A stretch of DNA of 64,000 nucleotides from an uncultured Nitrospiraceae bacterium (GTDB lineage Bacteria; Nitrospirota; Nitrospiria; Nitrospirales; Nitrospiraceae): the NCBI GenBank assembly GCA_963846575.1, contig CAWJWJ010000002.1, forward strand, positions 1,280,001 to 1,344,000. Direction: 5' to 3'. The notes below the pieces were generated by a model. The model was given only the letters and a program-made list of their open reading frames with translations, did not search any database and was not told the origin of the DNA. Numbering within the stretch: position 1 is the first letter of the stretch; each line of letters begins with the position of its first letter. This document shows positions 19,471 through 31,688 of this stretch, one piece after another. The position numbers were made by a program, and so were the translations under genes.

Positions 19471-20250
19471 CTAGTCCGCATATTTGGGGACGGGGATTTT
19501 TCGCACTGCCGGTGCGGGTGGCGGCTGTTGGGCAAAAGCCTTGGAGTAGGGATTGAGGATAGGTTCATGCGTGTTGCGTTGACGCAATTTGACTAACGGA
19601 AGACTCTGGGTACCGATTTCCATGCGATCGATCAGAGCCTTCGACGTCAACGGGTCAGGTAGTCCCTGCAACGCGAACATTTGAAACGCCAGTGACCAGT
19701 CAAGCGTATCCTTCCCTTTTTCTCGCACTATAAAACGAGCGTCGGGCGAAGGAGTTCCGGTAAAAAAGAGCAGCATGATGTTGGACCGGAAGACCGGGGC
19801 GGTGGCGTCCTCGGGTGGCTTAAACTCCGGCACGAGTCCGGGAACTTTGCTCAACGGCACGGGCGGTGTGAATTCGATGTCCACGAGACGAACGAAGAGC
19901 GGGGGCTGATCGCTTTGGTCGTTACGATCGAAGGTGTAGCTGAACGAGTAGCGCACGTCGATGCCGTCACGTTTGAAGGTATACACGTCTTCGCCGTTTT
20001 CCGGCGAGACCACTTTTTTGAAATATTGTTCCCAGTCTCCGATCGGATAATAGGTGAAGACGCGCAAGGCGGCCTTGCGGTCGCGCACGGCCTGCGGCAG
20101 CCCGAGCTTTTCGTGTAGTTCGGTCTGGCTGAGCCCCAGGTAGCCGTCCTCAAAATAGGGACCGGCCAGGGCCGGAATCCGGGCCTGGCCGACGAAGCTC
20201 ACACAGAAGAAAAGCACAAAGAAGAGGCGGGTGACTGTCTGATGCGCCAT
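19471..20250 (-). CDS. Exported hypothetical protein
   Basis: Signal-peptide-like N-terminus, ~260-aa ORF. Confidence 0.7.
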   Translation of the reverse strand: MAHQTVTRLFFVLFFCVSFVGQARIPALAGPYFEDGYLGLSQTELHEKLGLPQAVRDRKAALRVFTYYPIGDWEQYFKKVVSPENGEDVYTFKRDGIDVRYSFSYTFDRNDQSDQPPLFVRLVDIEFTPPVPLSKVPGLVPEFKPPEDATAPVFRSNIMLLFFTGTPSPDARFIVREKGKDTLDWSLAFQMFALQGLPDPLTSKALIDRMEIGTQSLPLVKLRQRNTHEPILNPYSKAFAQQPPPAPAVRKIPVPKYAD

Positions 20251-20441
20251 AGGGGTACCACTCAGGCTTGAGCCAGACAACGTCGGGCATCGTATCGGCC
20301 GAGGTAGGCAATGTCAAGGCAAGGAATAAGCAATGACTTGCCGAAAAATCTCCGTTCCCGATATGATGGCCGCTTACTTGTGAGTCATGTGAAGCGCGCC
20401 CCACGGCCTGTCACTCGGGTAATAGAAAGACATAGGTAGCC

Positions 20442-23400
20442 ATGCCGGAATCAGACATTCGTGATCTGCTGCGAGAGCGCATCCTGATTTTAGACGGTGC
20501 CATGGGCACGATGATTCAGCGGTACAAGCTGGATGAGGCCGCGTTCCGCGGGGAGCGGTTCAAAAATTGGGAGAAAGATCTCAAGGGCCACAACGATCTC
20601 TTGAACATCACCAGACCGGCCGTGATCGAAGAAATTCATCGACAGTACTTCGAGGCCGGAGCGGACATTGTCGAAACGAATACCTTTAACTCTCAGTCCG
20701 TGTCGTTGGCCGACTATGGCATGGATGACCTGGGGTACGAACTGTCCAAAGCCGGAGCCGAATGCGCCCGTCGCGCTATGCTGCAGGTTCTGGCGAAGCA
20801 GCCTGCGCGGCGGTGTTTTGTGGCAGGTGCGATCGGACCCACGACCAAAACCTCTTCGGTTTCGACGGATTCCAATGACGCGGCCGCGCGGGGTACTACC
20901 TATCCCGAACTGGTTCGCGCCTATGGCGATCAAGTGCGGGGCTTGTTGGATGGCGGTGTCGATTTGCTCCTGGTTGAGACCATCTTCGACACGTTGAACG
21001 CCAAGGCGGCGTTTTTTGCCATTCAGCAACTATTCGCCGAGGGCGCCCGGCAGGTGCCGATCATGGCGTCGGTCACCTTTATTCAGGCCGGCAGCAATCG
21101 CGGCTTTTCCGGGCAGACGGTCGAAGGCTTCTGGAACTCCATTTCGCATGTTCCGTTGCTCAGTGTGGGGATGAATTGCGCGCTCGGTCCGAAGGAGATG
21201 CGGCCGCTGATCGAGGAACTCTCTCAGATTGCGCCGACCTATGTGAGCAGCCACCCGAACGCCGGATTACCTAATCCCTTACTGCCGACGGGCTTTCCCG
21301 AAACTCCTGAATCGTTGGCGCCGCAGTTGCGGGACTGGGCTGAGAACGGCTGGTTGAACATCGTGGGCGGTTGCTGCGGGACGACGCCGGACCATATTCG
21401 GTCCATTGCCGAGGCCGTGCGTGGTCTGTCTCCACGGCAGGCCGGCAAGGTCGAGCCGTTCCTACGGTTGAGCGGCCTTGAAGCATTGACCGTCCGGCCC
21501 GAGTCGAACTTCGTCAACATCGGCGAACGGACGAATATTACCGGGTCACCCGCCTTTTCCAAGCTCATCCTCGCCGGCGATTATGACAAGGCCCTGACGG
21601 TGGCACGCCAGCAGGCCGAAGGCGGCGCACAGATCATCGATATCAACATGGATGAGGGACTTCTGGATTCCAAGGCAGCCATGGAGAAGTTTTTGCGGCT
21701 CCTCGCGGCTGAATCCGACGTTGCCCGCGTGCCGATCATGGTGGATAGCTCGAAATGGGAGGTCCTCGAAACGGGCCTCCAGAACATACAGGGCAAGGGG
21801 ATCGTCAACTCGATCAGTTTGAAGGAAGGCGAAGCCAAGTTCCTCGAACAGGCGCGCCTCGTTCGCCGCTATGGGGCGGCCATGGTGGTCATGGCATTCG
21901 ATGAGCGCGGACAGGCTGATTCCGTGGCTCGCCGCATCGAAATCTGTGAACGCTCTTATCGACTGCTCACGGAGCAAGTCGGCGTCCCGCCCCAGGATAT
22001 TATTTTCGACCCCAATATCCTCACCGTGGCCACGGGACTTGATGAGCACAATAACTATGCGGTCGACTTCATCGAAGCGACCAGATGGATCAAGCAGCAC
22101 CTGCCGCTCGCCAAGGTCAGCGGAGGGGTCAGCAATATCTCTTTCTCGTTCCGGGGCAACAACGTGGTGCGGGAGGCCATGCATGCGGCCTTTCTCTACC
22201 ATGCCATTCAGGCGGGGCTCGACATGGGTATCGTCAATGCCGGGCAGCTCGCCGTCTACGAGGAAATTCCGAAGGATCTGCTGGCGCTGGTAGAGGATGT
22301 GTTGCTGAACCGTCGTCCTGATGCCACCGAACGATTGGTCACCTTTGCCGAAACCGTCAAGCAGAAGGGGAAGGCGGCCGTCAAAGACGATGAATGGCGC
22401 GCCGGAACCGTTGAAGAGCGGTTGGCGCATGCGCTGGTGAAGGGGCTGACCGACTACATCGATCAGGACGTGGAAGAGGCCCGACAGAAAACGACGCGGC
22501 CGCTCGATGTCATTGAAGGGCCCTTGATGGCGGGCATGAATATCGTCGGTGACTTGTTCGGATCGGGGAAAATGTTTCTGCCCCAGGTCGTCAAGAGCGC
22601 CCGGGTGATGAAGAAGGCTGTGGCCTACCTGATGCCGTTCATGGAGGCGGAGAAGCAACGCTTGGGCACGTCACGCGCGAACGGGAAGGTGCTGCTCGCC
22701 ACGGTCAAGGGTGATGTCCATGATATCGGGAAGAACATCGTGGGCGTGGTGCTGGGGTGCAACAATTACGACGTGATTGACCTTGGCGTCATGGTGTCAT
22801 GTGAAAAAATTCTCGCGACGGCCCGCGAGCAGCAGGTCGATATTGTGGGGTTGAGCGGCCTCATTACTCCCTCGCTGGACGAAATGGTCCATGTGGCGAA
22901 GGAGATGACGCGGCAGGGGTTCGAGCTTCCACTCTTGATAGGCGGCGCGACGACCAGCAAGGCGCACACCGCGGTCAAGATTGCCCCTTCCTATCGCCAT
23001 GCGACCGTGCATGTACTGGATGCGTCTCGCGCCGTCGGCGTCGTCGGAAGCCTGATCAATGAACAGCAACGGGAAAGCTTCGCCGAAACCATCCGGGCCG
23101 ATTACGATCGGGTTAGGCAGGCGCACCAGGACCGGGGCCCGAAAAGCCTCCGCAGCCTTCAGGAGGCGCGCAAGCACCGGCTCTCCAGCGACTGGGCGAC
23201 GACCGATATTCCTACGCCTTCCTTTACAGGCCTGCGTAACATTGATGGGCTCCCGCTGCGGGAACTGGTGCCCTACATCGATTGGTCACCCTTCTTTCAC
23301 ACCTGGGAGTTACGGGGACGGTACCCCGGCATTTTCGACGACGCCACGGTGGGCCCAAAGGCGAAGGAACTCTTCGCGGATGCGCAGGCCCTGCTGGAGG

Positions 23401-24125
23401 AGATCATCGGCGGCAACCTGTTGACTGCCCGCGGGGTGTATGGCTTCTTTCCGGCCAATAGCGTGGGCGACGACATTGAAGTGTACAGCGACCCGGAACG
23501 CCGTGAGGTCCGGACCCTGTTCCATACGCTGCGCCAGCAGATGGAGAAGCCGGCGGATCAGTGGAATCTGGCCCTGGCGGACTATCTCGCGCCGAAAGAG
23601 TCGGGACGGGCGGACTACGTGGGGGCGTTTGCAGTCACGGCCGGCATCGGGGCGGGAGCGCTCTGCGCCAAGTACGAGCAAGATCACGACGACTACAACT
23701 CCATCATGGTCAAGGCGCTGGCCGATCGGCTGGCGGAAGCCTTTGCCGAATGGCTGCACAAACGAGTCCGCGGGGAGTGGGGCTATGGGCAGACGGAGAC
23801 ACTCACCCACGAGGAGCTGATCCGCGAGCGATACCGGGGTATCCGTCCCGCTCCCGGTTATCCCGCCTGTCCGGATCATACCGAGAAACGGACGTTGTTC
23901 GACCTGCTCGGTGCGGAGGCCAGGTGCGGAGTGACCTTGACGGAATCCTTCGCGATGTTGCCGGCGGCATCCGTGAGCGGACTCTATTTCGCGCATCCGC
24001 AGGCCAAGTATTTTGCCGTGGGAAAGATCAATCGCGACCAGGTCGAGGACTATGCAGCCCGGAAAAAAATGCCACTCCCCGAGGTCGAGCGGTGGCTGTC
24101 GCCTAACCTGAACTATGATACCTAG
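20442..24125 (+). CDS. metH: Cobalamin-dependent methionine synthase
   Basis: [31 protein letters not shown]12 motif, [12 protein letters not shown] activation domain. Confidence 0.98.
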   Translation: MPESDIRDLLRERILILDGAMGTMIQRYKLDEAAFRGERFKNWEKDLKGHNDLLNITRPAVIEEIHRQYFEAGADIVETNTFNSQSVSLADYGMDDLGYELSKAGAECARRAMLQVLAKQPARRCFVAGAIGPTTKTSSVSTDSNDAAARGTTYPELVRAYGDQVRGLLDGGVDLLLVETIFDTLNAKAAFFAIQQLFAEGARQVPIMASVTFIQAGSNRGFSGQTVEGFWNSISHVPLLSVGMNCALGPKEMRPLIEELSQIAPTYVSSHPNAGLPNPLLPTGFPETPESLAPQLRDWAENGWLNIVGGCCGTTPDHIRSIAEAVRGLSPRQAGKVEPFLRLSGLEALTVRPESNFVNIGERTNITGSPAFSKLILAGDYDKALTVARQQAEGGAQIIDINMDEGLLDSKAAMEKFLRLLAAESDVARVPIMVDSSKWEVLETGLQNIQGKGIVNSISLKEGEAKFLEQARLVRRYGAAMVVMAFDERGQADSVARRIEICERSYRLLTEQVGVPPQDIIFDPNILTVATGLDEHNNYAVDFIEATRWIKQHLPLAKVSGGVSNISFSFRGNNVVREAMHAAFLYHAIQAGLDMGIVNAGQLAVYEEIPKDLLALVEDVLLNRRPDATERLVTFAETVKQKGKAAVKDDEWRAGTVEERLAHALVKGLTDYIDQDVEEARQKTTRPLDVIEGPLMAGMNIVGDLFGSGKMFLPQVVKSARVMKKAVAYLMPFMEAEKQRLGTSRANGKVLLATVKGDVHDIGKNIVGVVLGCNNYDVIDLGVMVSCEKILATAREQQVDIVGLSGLITPSLDEMVHVAKEMTRQGFELPLLIGGATTSKAHTAVKIAPSYRHATVHVLDASRAVGVVGSLINEQQRESFAETIRADYDRVRQAHQDRGPKSLRSLQEARKHRLSSDWATTDIPTPSFTGLRNIDGLPLRELVPYIDWSPFFHTWELRGRYPGIFDDATVGPKAKELFADAQALLEEIIGGNLLTARGVYGFFPANSVGDDIEVYSDPERREVRTLFHTLRQQMEKPADQWNLALADYLAPKESGRADYVGAFAVTAGIGAGALCAKYEQDHDDYNSIMVKALADRLAEAFAEWLHKRVRGEWGYGQTETLTHEELIRERYRGIRPAPGYPACPDHTEKRTLFDLLGAEARCGVTLTESFAMLPAASVSGLYFAHPQAKYFAVGKINRDQVEDYAARKKMPLPEVERWLSPNLNYDT

Positions 24126-24362
24126 TTTGAACCGTCGGCCTGGAAGGATGACTCATAGGTTGCCCTGCCACATGAGGCCGACGTACGGTTGCCGGCCTGC
24201 CTAGACGCGGTGTCGTTCACGACGCCCTTGGGTCATCCTGCCGGAATTTCCGCCTCGGACCATCGCACTCCTGATGGCCTCGTGCCTTACAGTCTCTTCC
24301 TGACTATTCCAGGTGGCGAACTCTGTGGTGGGTCGGTGACGTGGCACTGTCCACGGGGAGGA

Positions 24363-24863
24363 TCAGTTCTTGAGGGCTTCGAGAGCCGGAGGAAGGGCAG
24401 GAGGGGCGGCGGACCCTGACGTGACGCTCGCGAGAGAGTTCTTGATCCAATGGTAGCGCTCTTCTGCCCAGGCGTTAAAGGTCTCCGAGTTTTCAAAGAC
24501 CAATTCCCACGCCTTGGCTGCGTCCAGCAACAGGAGTTGATGCGGGCGATTCTGTCCCGGAAAATAGACGACCAGAACGGCGGATTTGCCGGTGAGACTG
24601 ATATCGGTGAAGACATGGATCATGGATGCGTCGGGAAGGGACACATCGCGAGTGGCTGCTTCGACCAGCGGCTGGTATAAACGGTGAAGCAGATGGGTCG
24701 TGTCTTCGTACGGACTGGCCGTCCGCAACAGCCGGGGATTAGGTTTGTCCCCGAATAGGTTGTCGGTCAGATAGGTCGCTGCTTCCCAGGTCGGCATCAT
24801 GCCGGATGACGCGAGATTCTCGCAAAGATAGGCGATCCAATTACGTGGTCGATTGGCCATCAT
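24363..24863 (-). CDS. Hypothetical protein
   Basis: Overlaps the stop of the HD-GYP gene by 4 nt. Confidence 0.65.
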   Translation of the reverse strand: MMANRPRNWIAYLCENLASSGMMPTWEAATYLTDNLFGDKPNPRLLRTASPYEDTTHLLHRLYQPLVEAATRDVSLPDASMIHVFTDISLTGKSAVLVVYFPGQNRPHQLLLLDAAKAWELVFENSETFNAWAEERYHWIKNSLASVTSGSAAPPALPPALEALKN

Positions 24864-26035
24864 GACTGGTTCAACTCCTGAGTGGAAACGCGATGCCGGG
24901 AGGCGGAATACCAGTTGGGGTCGGCAAACTGGTCGTAAATACGTTTGATCTCGTCCATCGAGTTGAAGAAGATATCAAGGAGATCCGGGTCGAAGTGTTT
25001 CCCGCGCTCGTTCAGCATCAGGTCTTTGGCATGGTCGAAATCATAGGCCGGTTTGTAGACCCGTTGAGTTGTCAGGGCGTCAAAGTTGTCCGCGATCGCG
25101 GTAATCCGGCCTTCTAGCGGAATTCCCTCTCCCGCGAGTCCACGCGGATATCCGGTTCCATCGTATCGTTCATGATGAGTCCAGGCGATGAGGGCGGCTA
25201 CTTTCAACAGCTCGGAATCCGATCCGGCCAGGATACGATAACCGATCTCAGTATGGTGGGTGATGACCTTGAATTCTTCCGGGGTGAATTTCCCCGGCTT
25301 CAGCAGCACGTGATCGGGAGTGCCGATTTTACCGATATCATGCATCGGACTGGCGGTACGGATCAGGTCGCAACGGTCAGGCGACAGGCCATAGCGGCGA
25401 GCCAACAGTTCGCAATAATGGCTCATGCGTTGGATATGCTGCGCTGTGGAGCTGTCACGATACTCGGCGGCGATGGCCAGCCGTTGAATGGTTTCTTCAC
25501 GGGATAGGCGTAACTCTTTTTCACTGCGCTCCAGCCACTCAAGTGCCTGCTGCAGGGCGATCGTCCTGGTGCGAACGACTTCCTCCAGATGTTCCCGATG
25601 CATGGCGTTCTCGATTTCCAGTTTGCGTCGTCGCAACGCGTTGGCCACGTTGATCAGTACTTCGTTAGCTTCGAAGGGTTTGATCACATAGCCGAAGGCT
25701 CCCATATCGAGAGCCGCGTTCGCGAGCACGGGGCTGTCGAGTCCCGTGATCATGATGACGGCGGTGGTGGGGTATTGGACGAGAATGTGGCGGACGAGAT
25801 CCATGCCGGATTCGCCCGGCATATTCACGTCGCATAACACGAGGGCGTAGGAGGATTTTTCCAACCGTTGACGCGCCTCACGGGATTCACCGGCCAAGGT
25901 TACCTTATATCCATGGGGTTCGAGCAAATAACCCAGTAGCCGACGAATGGGCTCCTCATCATCCACAATCAAGATGTTGCGGTTGTCCAGAAGCGAGGGC
26001 TCGTTGATTTGTTCGGTAACAGTCTGAATGGTCAT
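24860..26035 (-). CDS. Response regulator with HD-GYP c-di-GMP phosphodiesterase domain (RpfG-like)
   Basis: REC domain (IVDDE..D..P..KPF), then HDIGKI, HHERYDGTGYP. Confidence 0.93.
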   Translation of the reverse strand: MTIQTVTEQINEPSLLDNRNILIVDDEEPIRRLLGYLLEPHGYKVTLAGESREARQRLEKSSYALVLCDVNMPGESGMDLVRHILVQYPTTAVIMITGLDSPVLANAALDMGAFGYVIKPFEANEVLINVANALRRRKLEIENAMHREHLEEVVRTRTIALQQALEWLERSEKELRLSREETIQRLAIAAEYRDSSTAQHIQRMSHYCELLARRYGLSPDRCDLIRTASPMHDIGKIGTPDHVLLKPGKFTPEEFKVITHHTEIGYRILAGSDSELLKVAALIAWTHHERYDGTGYPRGLAGEGIPLEGRITAIADNFDALTTQRVYKPAYDFDHAKDLMLNERGKHFDPDLLDIFFNSMDEIKRIYDQFADPNWYSASRHRVSTQELNQS

Positions 26036-26431
26036 AGATCGCCGGCTCGTTAGATTGAACTGCTCACATCAGGTTATGGACGTAGACCCCGTATCGGTCG
26101 CAACCGTCTATGCCTAAAGGCATGCGATGAAGCTCATGTGCAATGCACCTTCCGTGCCATTCCGTCGCATGCCTTTTCTGCATCTTTCCAGAGCCCAGGG
26201 TACCAAACTCCGTTGATATGCCGACAAGATTGTACGCATCGGGATCCGGCGCGTGCCCGGTACCGGATCGGTTCGTGTCAACTCTGACGGTCGTCCAGTT
26301 GCTTGTAATTCAAGGACAGGGATTGCCACGGATGGCCGTGTCCGCTTCGATGGTGGATTATACATCGGTCCACGGTGATTGCCAGTTGAAACGCAGCTTC
26401 GGGAAAGCCTCGTCCCACGGTGCCCATGGAT

Positions 26432-26460
26432 TTGCTCTTTAAACCTTCGTTCCCTATAAT
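26432..26460 (+). promoter_or_regulatory. Sigma70 promoter of rph-rdgB
   Basis: TTGCTC-17nt-TATAAT. Confidence 0.6.
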
Positions 26461-26506
26461 CCGCTCCCTTACATTACATAGCGTTTACGGGAAGGGGTGC
26501 TGGGCC

Positions 26507-27250
26507 ATGGAAAGCGGTGCAGGATTAGGTCGGATTGATGGCAGGCGGCGTGAGCAGATCCGTCCGGTGAAGATTACGCGCAATTTCATTAAACATGCGG
26601 AAGGATCTGTTCTGATCGAAATGGGCGATACGAAGGTAATTTGTACCGCCTCCGTCGAAGAGAAGGTTCCTCCGTTTTTGAGAGATAAGGGCCGGGGGTG
26701 GGTCACGGCCGAATATGCCATGCTGCCACGGGCGACGCACGACCGGTCCCCCAGAGAAGCAGTGAAGGGCAAACAAGGCGGGCGCACGCTGGAGATCCAG
26801 CGCCTGGTGGGACGTGCCCTGCGCGCCGTCATCGACACCACGCGATTGGGCGAACGCACCATTTGGATCGATTGCGACGTGATTCAGGCTGACGGCGGAA
26901 CGCGTACCGCCTCCATTACCGGGGCTTTCATCGCCCTGGCGGATGCTCTGGCTGTATTAAAAAAGAAAGCGCTGCTGAAGCAAAACCCTCTCACCGACTA
27001 CCTTGCGGCGATCAGCGTCGGAAAAGTGGGTGGACAGGTCTTAGTCGATCTGGCCTATGAGGAGGATTCGCAGGCGGAAGTGGACCTGAATCTGGTCATG
27101 ACCGGGGCGGGCCGCTATGTTGAAGTGCAGGGGACGGCTGAAAAGACACCGTTTGATAAGAAAGACATGGATGAATTTCTGGACCTCGGGTGGGGGGCCA
27201 TCCGTGAACTGGTCGAGCTGCAGAAATCACTGATCGGATCGCTTGGTTGA
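26507..27250 (+). CDS. rph: Ribonuclease PH
   Basis: [40 protein letters not shown]. Confidence 0.97.
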   Translation: MESGAGLGRIDGRRREQIRPVKITRNFIKHAEGSVLIEMGDTKVICTASVEEKVPPFLRDKGRGWVTAEYAMLPRATHDRSPREAVKGKQGGRTLEIQRLVGRALRAVIDTTRLGERTIWIDCDVIQADGGTRTASITGAFIALADALAVLKKKALLKQNPLTDYLAAISVGKVGGQVLVDLAYEEDSQAEVDLNLVMTGAGRYVEVQGTAEKTPFDKKDMDEFLDLGWGAIRELVELQKSLIGSLG

Positions 27251-27252
27251 TC

Positions 27253-27867
27253 ATGCAGATCGTGTTGGCGACCAGAAATCAACACAAGAAGCAGGAGCTT
27301 CTGACTCTGCTCCAGGATCTGAGCGTCGTGATTAAGACGTTAGACGATTTCCCCGAGGCGCCGGATGTCGTCGAAGATGGCGACACCTGTGAGGCGAACG
27401 CCATGAAAAAGGCCGTGGAAATTGCCCGATACACGGCGCTACCGGCAGTCGCGGATGATACCGGTCTGGAAGTCGACGCCCTCGGTGGACGCCCCGGGGC
27501 GTTCGCGGCACGATACGCAGGGGAACATGCCACCTACGAAGATAATTGTCGGAAGCTGTTGGGCGAGCTCCGGGGGGTTCCGGTCTCCCAACGGGGGGCG
27601 CGGTTTGTGACAGTGGCGGCCATCGCCTTTCCTGATGGTGAGATGCTGTCGGCGAAGGGGGTCCTGGAGGGCACGATTGCCGAAAAGGCAGCCGGGTCCC
27701 ATGGCTTCGGATATGATCCCATATTCCTGGTCGCCGACCATGATCAGACTCTGGCACAGCTCCCACCGGACGTCAAAAACAGCATCAGCCATCGTGCCCG
27801 TGCCTTCAGAGAGGCCAAGACGCTGCTTCAGCGGGTGATGGCGGAACGGTCTCAAGTCAAGGCATAA
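27253..27867 (+). CDS. rdgB: dITP/XTP pyrophosphatase (HAM1 family)
   Basis: LATRN..K, ADDTGLEV, GFGYDPIF, KNSISHR. Confidence 0.96.
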   Translation: MQIVLATRNQHKKQELLTLLQDLSVVIKTLDDFPEAPDVVEDGDTCEANAMKKAVEIARYTALPAVADDTGLEVDALGGRPGAFAARYAGEHATYEDNCRKLLGELRGVPVSQRGARFVTVAAIAFPDGEMLSAKGVLEGTIAEKAAGSHGFGYDPIFLVADHDQTLAQLPPDVKNSISHRARAFREAKTLLQRVMAERSQVKA

Positions 27868-28076
27868 GCATTCTGCTGAACCCGCTCGATCGTCGTCTGA
27901 TCTCCTGCCCGATAGGCCCAATCATTAAGTGCTTCAGTCCGGTCGCTTTCCCTCTCCTTCGGGTGTCCTTTTCCCTACGCTACCGTTGCCTCGTCATGGG
28001 CGTCGGTGTGTTGCTTCTTCAGGTACGTGATAGGTACCACTCAGCGAAAAAGGAGAAAGGAATTCTTGTCGGAGGG

Positions 28077-28922
28077 TCACTCTGGCTGAGTGGGCCAGCC
28101 CTTTTCGGTCATGCATTGGCGAAACGTGTCGTAGGGATTGGAAAGCGAATTCTGCGAATGCTGAATGCATTCGCTTTGGTCCACAGCTTGCCGTTCGTTC
28201 TTCGGGAGTTCGGGGCTGGACGGGCGAATGTCGCTTGGCACGGCCGTCCGGTCTGCCGGTGACGGGTCACTCTGGACATTGTCGTGGGCTGGCGACTCCG
28301 TTGGTGCGGGGCTGCCGGGCTGAGCCGTGGCAGCCGGGACATGCGTAGGCGAAACGGATTCGGGCAGGCCATCCGGTATGAACGTAGATTGGCCTTGAGC
28401 TGCACCTGCACAATGGGGGTATCCGAACGGATCCACAACGATTCGCCCCGTGGGGCAGGGAGCCTGTGTGGTTGTTGCGTGGTGAGGAGCGGGCCCGACA
28501 AGCGGTTTCAGCCTGACCCACTCATATCCCCGGCTCCTCATGCACTGACTGTAAGCATTCGGGCCGGTCATGGACGGAGCTGGATCGTGAGCCACGACGG
28601 TACCATCTCCTGATACTCTCTCCGTGGTGGCTTGTTCGGCTCCTAGCCTCGCGCATTGCCGGGAGTCGGCATCAGACTCGATGGTGGCTTCTGGCCCGAC
28701 CACACCCGGCTTTGCCCAGAAGCCTTGTTCCACCGGCTGACAGGAGGCACAGATGAGGGTGGCGAGTACCAGCGCCACATCCACAGGCCGGCAATCGAGT
28801 CTTTTCGGCGTTCTGACAGCGGCAAAGAAACGGAACGACATGGAAGGCACCTGCGATAAGGTATCTCTGAAGGGATTATAAACAACTGACGTGCCTGGAA
28901 CACTCATAGATAGCGACTCCAC
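28077..28922 (-). CDS. Hypothetical Cys-containing putative lipoprotein (start uncertain)
   Basis: LICASC lipobox-like motif; two similar C..(Y/F)xQCM..(R/K)G(Y/W) modules flanking a Pro-rich linker. Confidence 0.55.
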   Translation of the reverse strand: MESLSMSVPGTSVVYNPFRDTLSQVPSMSFRFFAAVRTPKRLDCRPVDVALVLATLICASCQPVEQGFWAKPGVVGPEATIESDADSRQCARLGAEQATTERVSGDGTVVAHDPAPSMTGPNAYSQCMRSRGYEWVRLKPLVGPAPHHATTTQAPCPTGRIVVDPFGYPHCAGAAQGQSTFIPDGLPESVSPTHVPAATAQPGSPAPTESPAHDNVQSDPSPADRTAVPSDIRPSSPELPKNERQAVDQSECIQHSQNSLSNPYDTFRQCMTEKGWPTQPE

Positions 28923-29148
28923 GCAGCCGATCAGCGGTACAGGCCTCTCGCCCGAGCCGAAATGCCGCCTTATCTATCACGGACCTGAACCTTGTTGACC
29001 AACTGTTCGTTCCTATGAGAACATCCGCTCGTGCGACATGCGGAGACAACGCGCCAGTGCTCATGGCTTCTTTGGTGGGTCGCTGGCACGTCACACGCCA
29101 AGCATGTCTCATCCGCGAGCTCTCTGCACATGCTGGAAATCATTCAGT

Positions 29149-29227
<79 letters not shown>

Positions 29228-29585
29228 TTCAAAGCTTTCCCTTCCAATGTCGCATGCTCCCTACGGGCTTGAATCCTGCCCGATCCCATTACCTGTCTCT
29301 ATAACCTACTACGTTTGAATCGTTGTACTTCAGTGACCGTCCGCCATTAGAGGCAGAGAGGCACCAGGCTGACTGTCTCTTGCCGGACTGCTGCCCTCAG
29401 TTGCCACGCGTCGACCTTAAACCGGTCGTGAGGGTGCGAGGGAGGCTGGGGTCTTCGGTTTGGCCGATAAGGGCTTTCCCTAGCTGATAAACCGCTGCAT
29501 CACTGACACTGTAAAACCTAACAGATAGAAAATCATCCCATGGCACTGCGGAGTCCGGACGGTTAGGTTACCTCGGAGACCAATT

Positions 29586-31046
29586 ATGTTTTTTCAACGC
29601 ATCAAGACCCCTGGTATTGCACACAATGCCTATTTGGTCGGCTCGAACGGCATGGGTGTCCTTGTCGACCCCAGGCGAGACGTCGATGAATATTTCGAAA
29701 TCGCGCGCACGAATAAATTGGAAATCCGCTATGTTCTCGAAACTCACCGTCAGGAAGACTTCGTGCTCGGCTCCGCAGCCGTTCGTCGAAGGTGTGGAGC
29801 AAAAATTGTTTCTGGTAAACATAAGTATTTTGCCCACAGCGACCTGCGCCTCGCGGATGGAGGGGACCTTGAGGTGGGGGAGCTGATATTCCGCTGCCTC
29901 TACACTCCAGGCCATACGCCCGAAAGCGTCTCGTACGCGGTCTATTTCCAGGACAAGCCCGACAGAGCCTGGGCCGTCTTCACGGGCGATGCCTTATTTG
30001 TCGGCGAGGCCGGTCGAACCGATCTGCCCGACGTCGACAAAACGGCCGAGAACGCGGCGATTCTGTTCGACAGCATTCAAGATAAAATCAAGCCGCTCGG
30101 TGATCAGACCCTCCTGTATCCGGCCCACGGGGCAGGCTCGGTCTGCGGGGGAAACATTGCGGACTACGATGAATCCACGCTCGGGTTTGAACGCAGCTAC
30201 AACCCGGCATTCACGCAGACGCGGGAGGAATTCATCCAACTCAAGCTTAAGGAGCGGATACCACGTCCGCCGTATTTTCGTTTGATGGAAAAACTCAACC
30301 TGAAAGGCGGCCTGGCCCTGAGCCAGGGCCCCGATTCGATCCCCAGTCTCTTGCCGAAGGATTTTAAGCGTGAGTCGGCGAAAGGGATTGTCATCGACAC
30401 GCGGCTGCCCGCGGCATTCGGGGGCGGCCACATTCCAGGATCTTACAGCATCTGGCTGGGGGGCCTGCCGGTCTTTGGCGGCTGGATTGCCGATGACAAG
30501 GTTCCTGTCTATCTGGTACTCGATCGGCCGGGTGATTTAGAAGACGCATGCCTGCACCTCCAGCGGATCGGTGTCGATAATGTGCGCGGAGTATTAGCCG
30601 GCGGGTTCGAGGGATGGCGTGACGCGGGGCTCGAGATCTCGATGTCCGGCACCCTGAGCGTGACGTCTGACGCGTTGCAAGCCAAGCGGACGGCGGTTCT
30701 CGACGTGCGCGAGATCTCCGAATTCGAGGAGGGGCACATCGGGGGCTCCCGGCATGCCTATGTCGGGTTCATTCCGGAGTTGAGCACCATCGGCCGCCAA
30801 CTCGACCGGAAACAGCCTCTGGCCGTGACTTGCAGTGTGGGACACAGGGCGAGTTTAGCCGTCAGCATGCTCCTGCGCATGGGCTTTACGAACGTGTTCA
30901 ATCTTCTTGGCGGGATGACCGCCTGGAAAAAGCTCGACAAACCGGTCGTCACGGGGCCCGATAAAACGCGTACCCTGGACAGGAAGATCGTTGCTCGAGG
31001 CATCAGTAAAGAGCCGGCTGCCAAAGCCGTGAGGGCAGCCACATGA
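29586..31046 (+). CDS. Persulfide dioxygenase-rhodanese fusion (CstB/Blh-like MBL fold plus two rhodanese domains)
   Basis: ETHRQED, TPGHT, FTGD, HGAGSVCG; central pseudo-rhodanese; C-terminal active loop CSVGHR. Confidence 0.88.
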   Translation: MFFQRIKTPGIAHNAYLVGSNGMGVLVDPRRDVDEYFEIARTNKLEIRYVLETHRQEDFVLGSAAVRRRCGAKIVSGKHKYFAHSDLRLADGGDLEVGELIFRCLYTPGHTPESVSYAVYFQDKPDRAWAVFTGDALFVGEAGRTDLPDVDKTAENAAILFDSIQDKIKPLGDQTLLYPAHGAGSVCGGNIADYDESTLGFERSYNPAFTQTREEFIQLKLKERIPRPPYFRLMEKLNLKGGLALSQGPDSIPSLLPKDFKRESAKGIVIDTRLPAAFGGGHIPGSYSIWLGGLPVFGGWIADDKVPVYLVLDRPGDLEDACLHLQRIGVDNVRGVLAGGFEGWRDAGLEISMSGTLSVTSDALQAKRTAVLDVREISEFEEGHIGGSRHAYVGFIPELSTIGRQLDRKQPLAVTCSVGHRASLAVSMLLRMGFTNVFNLLGGMTAWKKLDKPVVTGPDKTRTLDRKIVARGISKEPAAKAVRAAT

Positions 31047-31639
31047 GATCAGCCCTAAGGTTTGCAGTTGTCTCGATTATGCTGTTACTGGCCGGGAACC
31101 TGTATGCCCAGACTCCGGCGCCTGATACGACCTGGTATGGAACCGGCGGCGCTTGGTCGCCCTACCTGGCGGGAGCGTTGATCGGGGTGTTGGCCTGGCT
31201 GACCTTTTATTTTTCAGAACATCCGATCGGCGCCTCGTCTTTTTACGCGACGGTGGCGGGATTGATTGGGAAGGTAGTTGCACCCCGGCACACCAGCAGG
31301 CTTGCCTATTATCGTGACAATCCACCGAAGATCAGCTGGGAATTCGCCTTCGTGATCGCGATCATCATGGGATCGGCGCTGGCGGCGGCCACGGGCGGAG
31401 AATTTTCCCTCCGCGGGCTTCCCCGGCTCTGGACCGATCATCACGGTGCAGACAGCGGCCTCACTTACGCCGCTTTGAGCTTTGTAGGCGGCATGCTGAT
31501 GGCCTTTGGCGCGCGGCTGGCCGGGGGGTGCACGAGCGGACACGGCATCAGCGGCACCCTGCAGTTGAATGTCTCGTCATGGATCGCCGTGATTTGTTTC
31601 TTTATCGGCGGCGTGATTGCCGTGCAGTTCATTTATTGA
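31043..31639 (+). CDS. YeeE/YedE sulfur transporter, GCTSGH type
   Basis: WSPYLAG..IGAS..FGARLAGGCTSGHGISG. Confidence 0.88.
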   Translation: MRSALRFAVVSIMLLLAGNLYAQTPAPDTTWYGTGGAWSPYLAGALIGVLAWLTFYFSEHPIGASSFYATVAGLIGKVVAPRHTSRLAYYRDNPPKISWEFAFVIAIIMGSALAAATGGEFSLRGLPRLWTDHHGADSGLTYAALSFVGGMLMAFGARLAGGCTSGHGISGTLQLNVSSWIAVICFFIGGVIAVQFIY

Positions 31640-31688
31640 AGTAATCACCGGGCATCTGACGATACCCGCTATCGTTTCTTCTGAGCAT

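Noticed and set aside
20280..20441. SAM or B12 riboswitch upstream of metH
   Set aside because: Short leader with only a possible TTGCCG-18-TATGAT promoter; no aptamer motifs recognised
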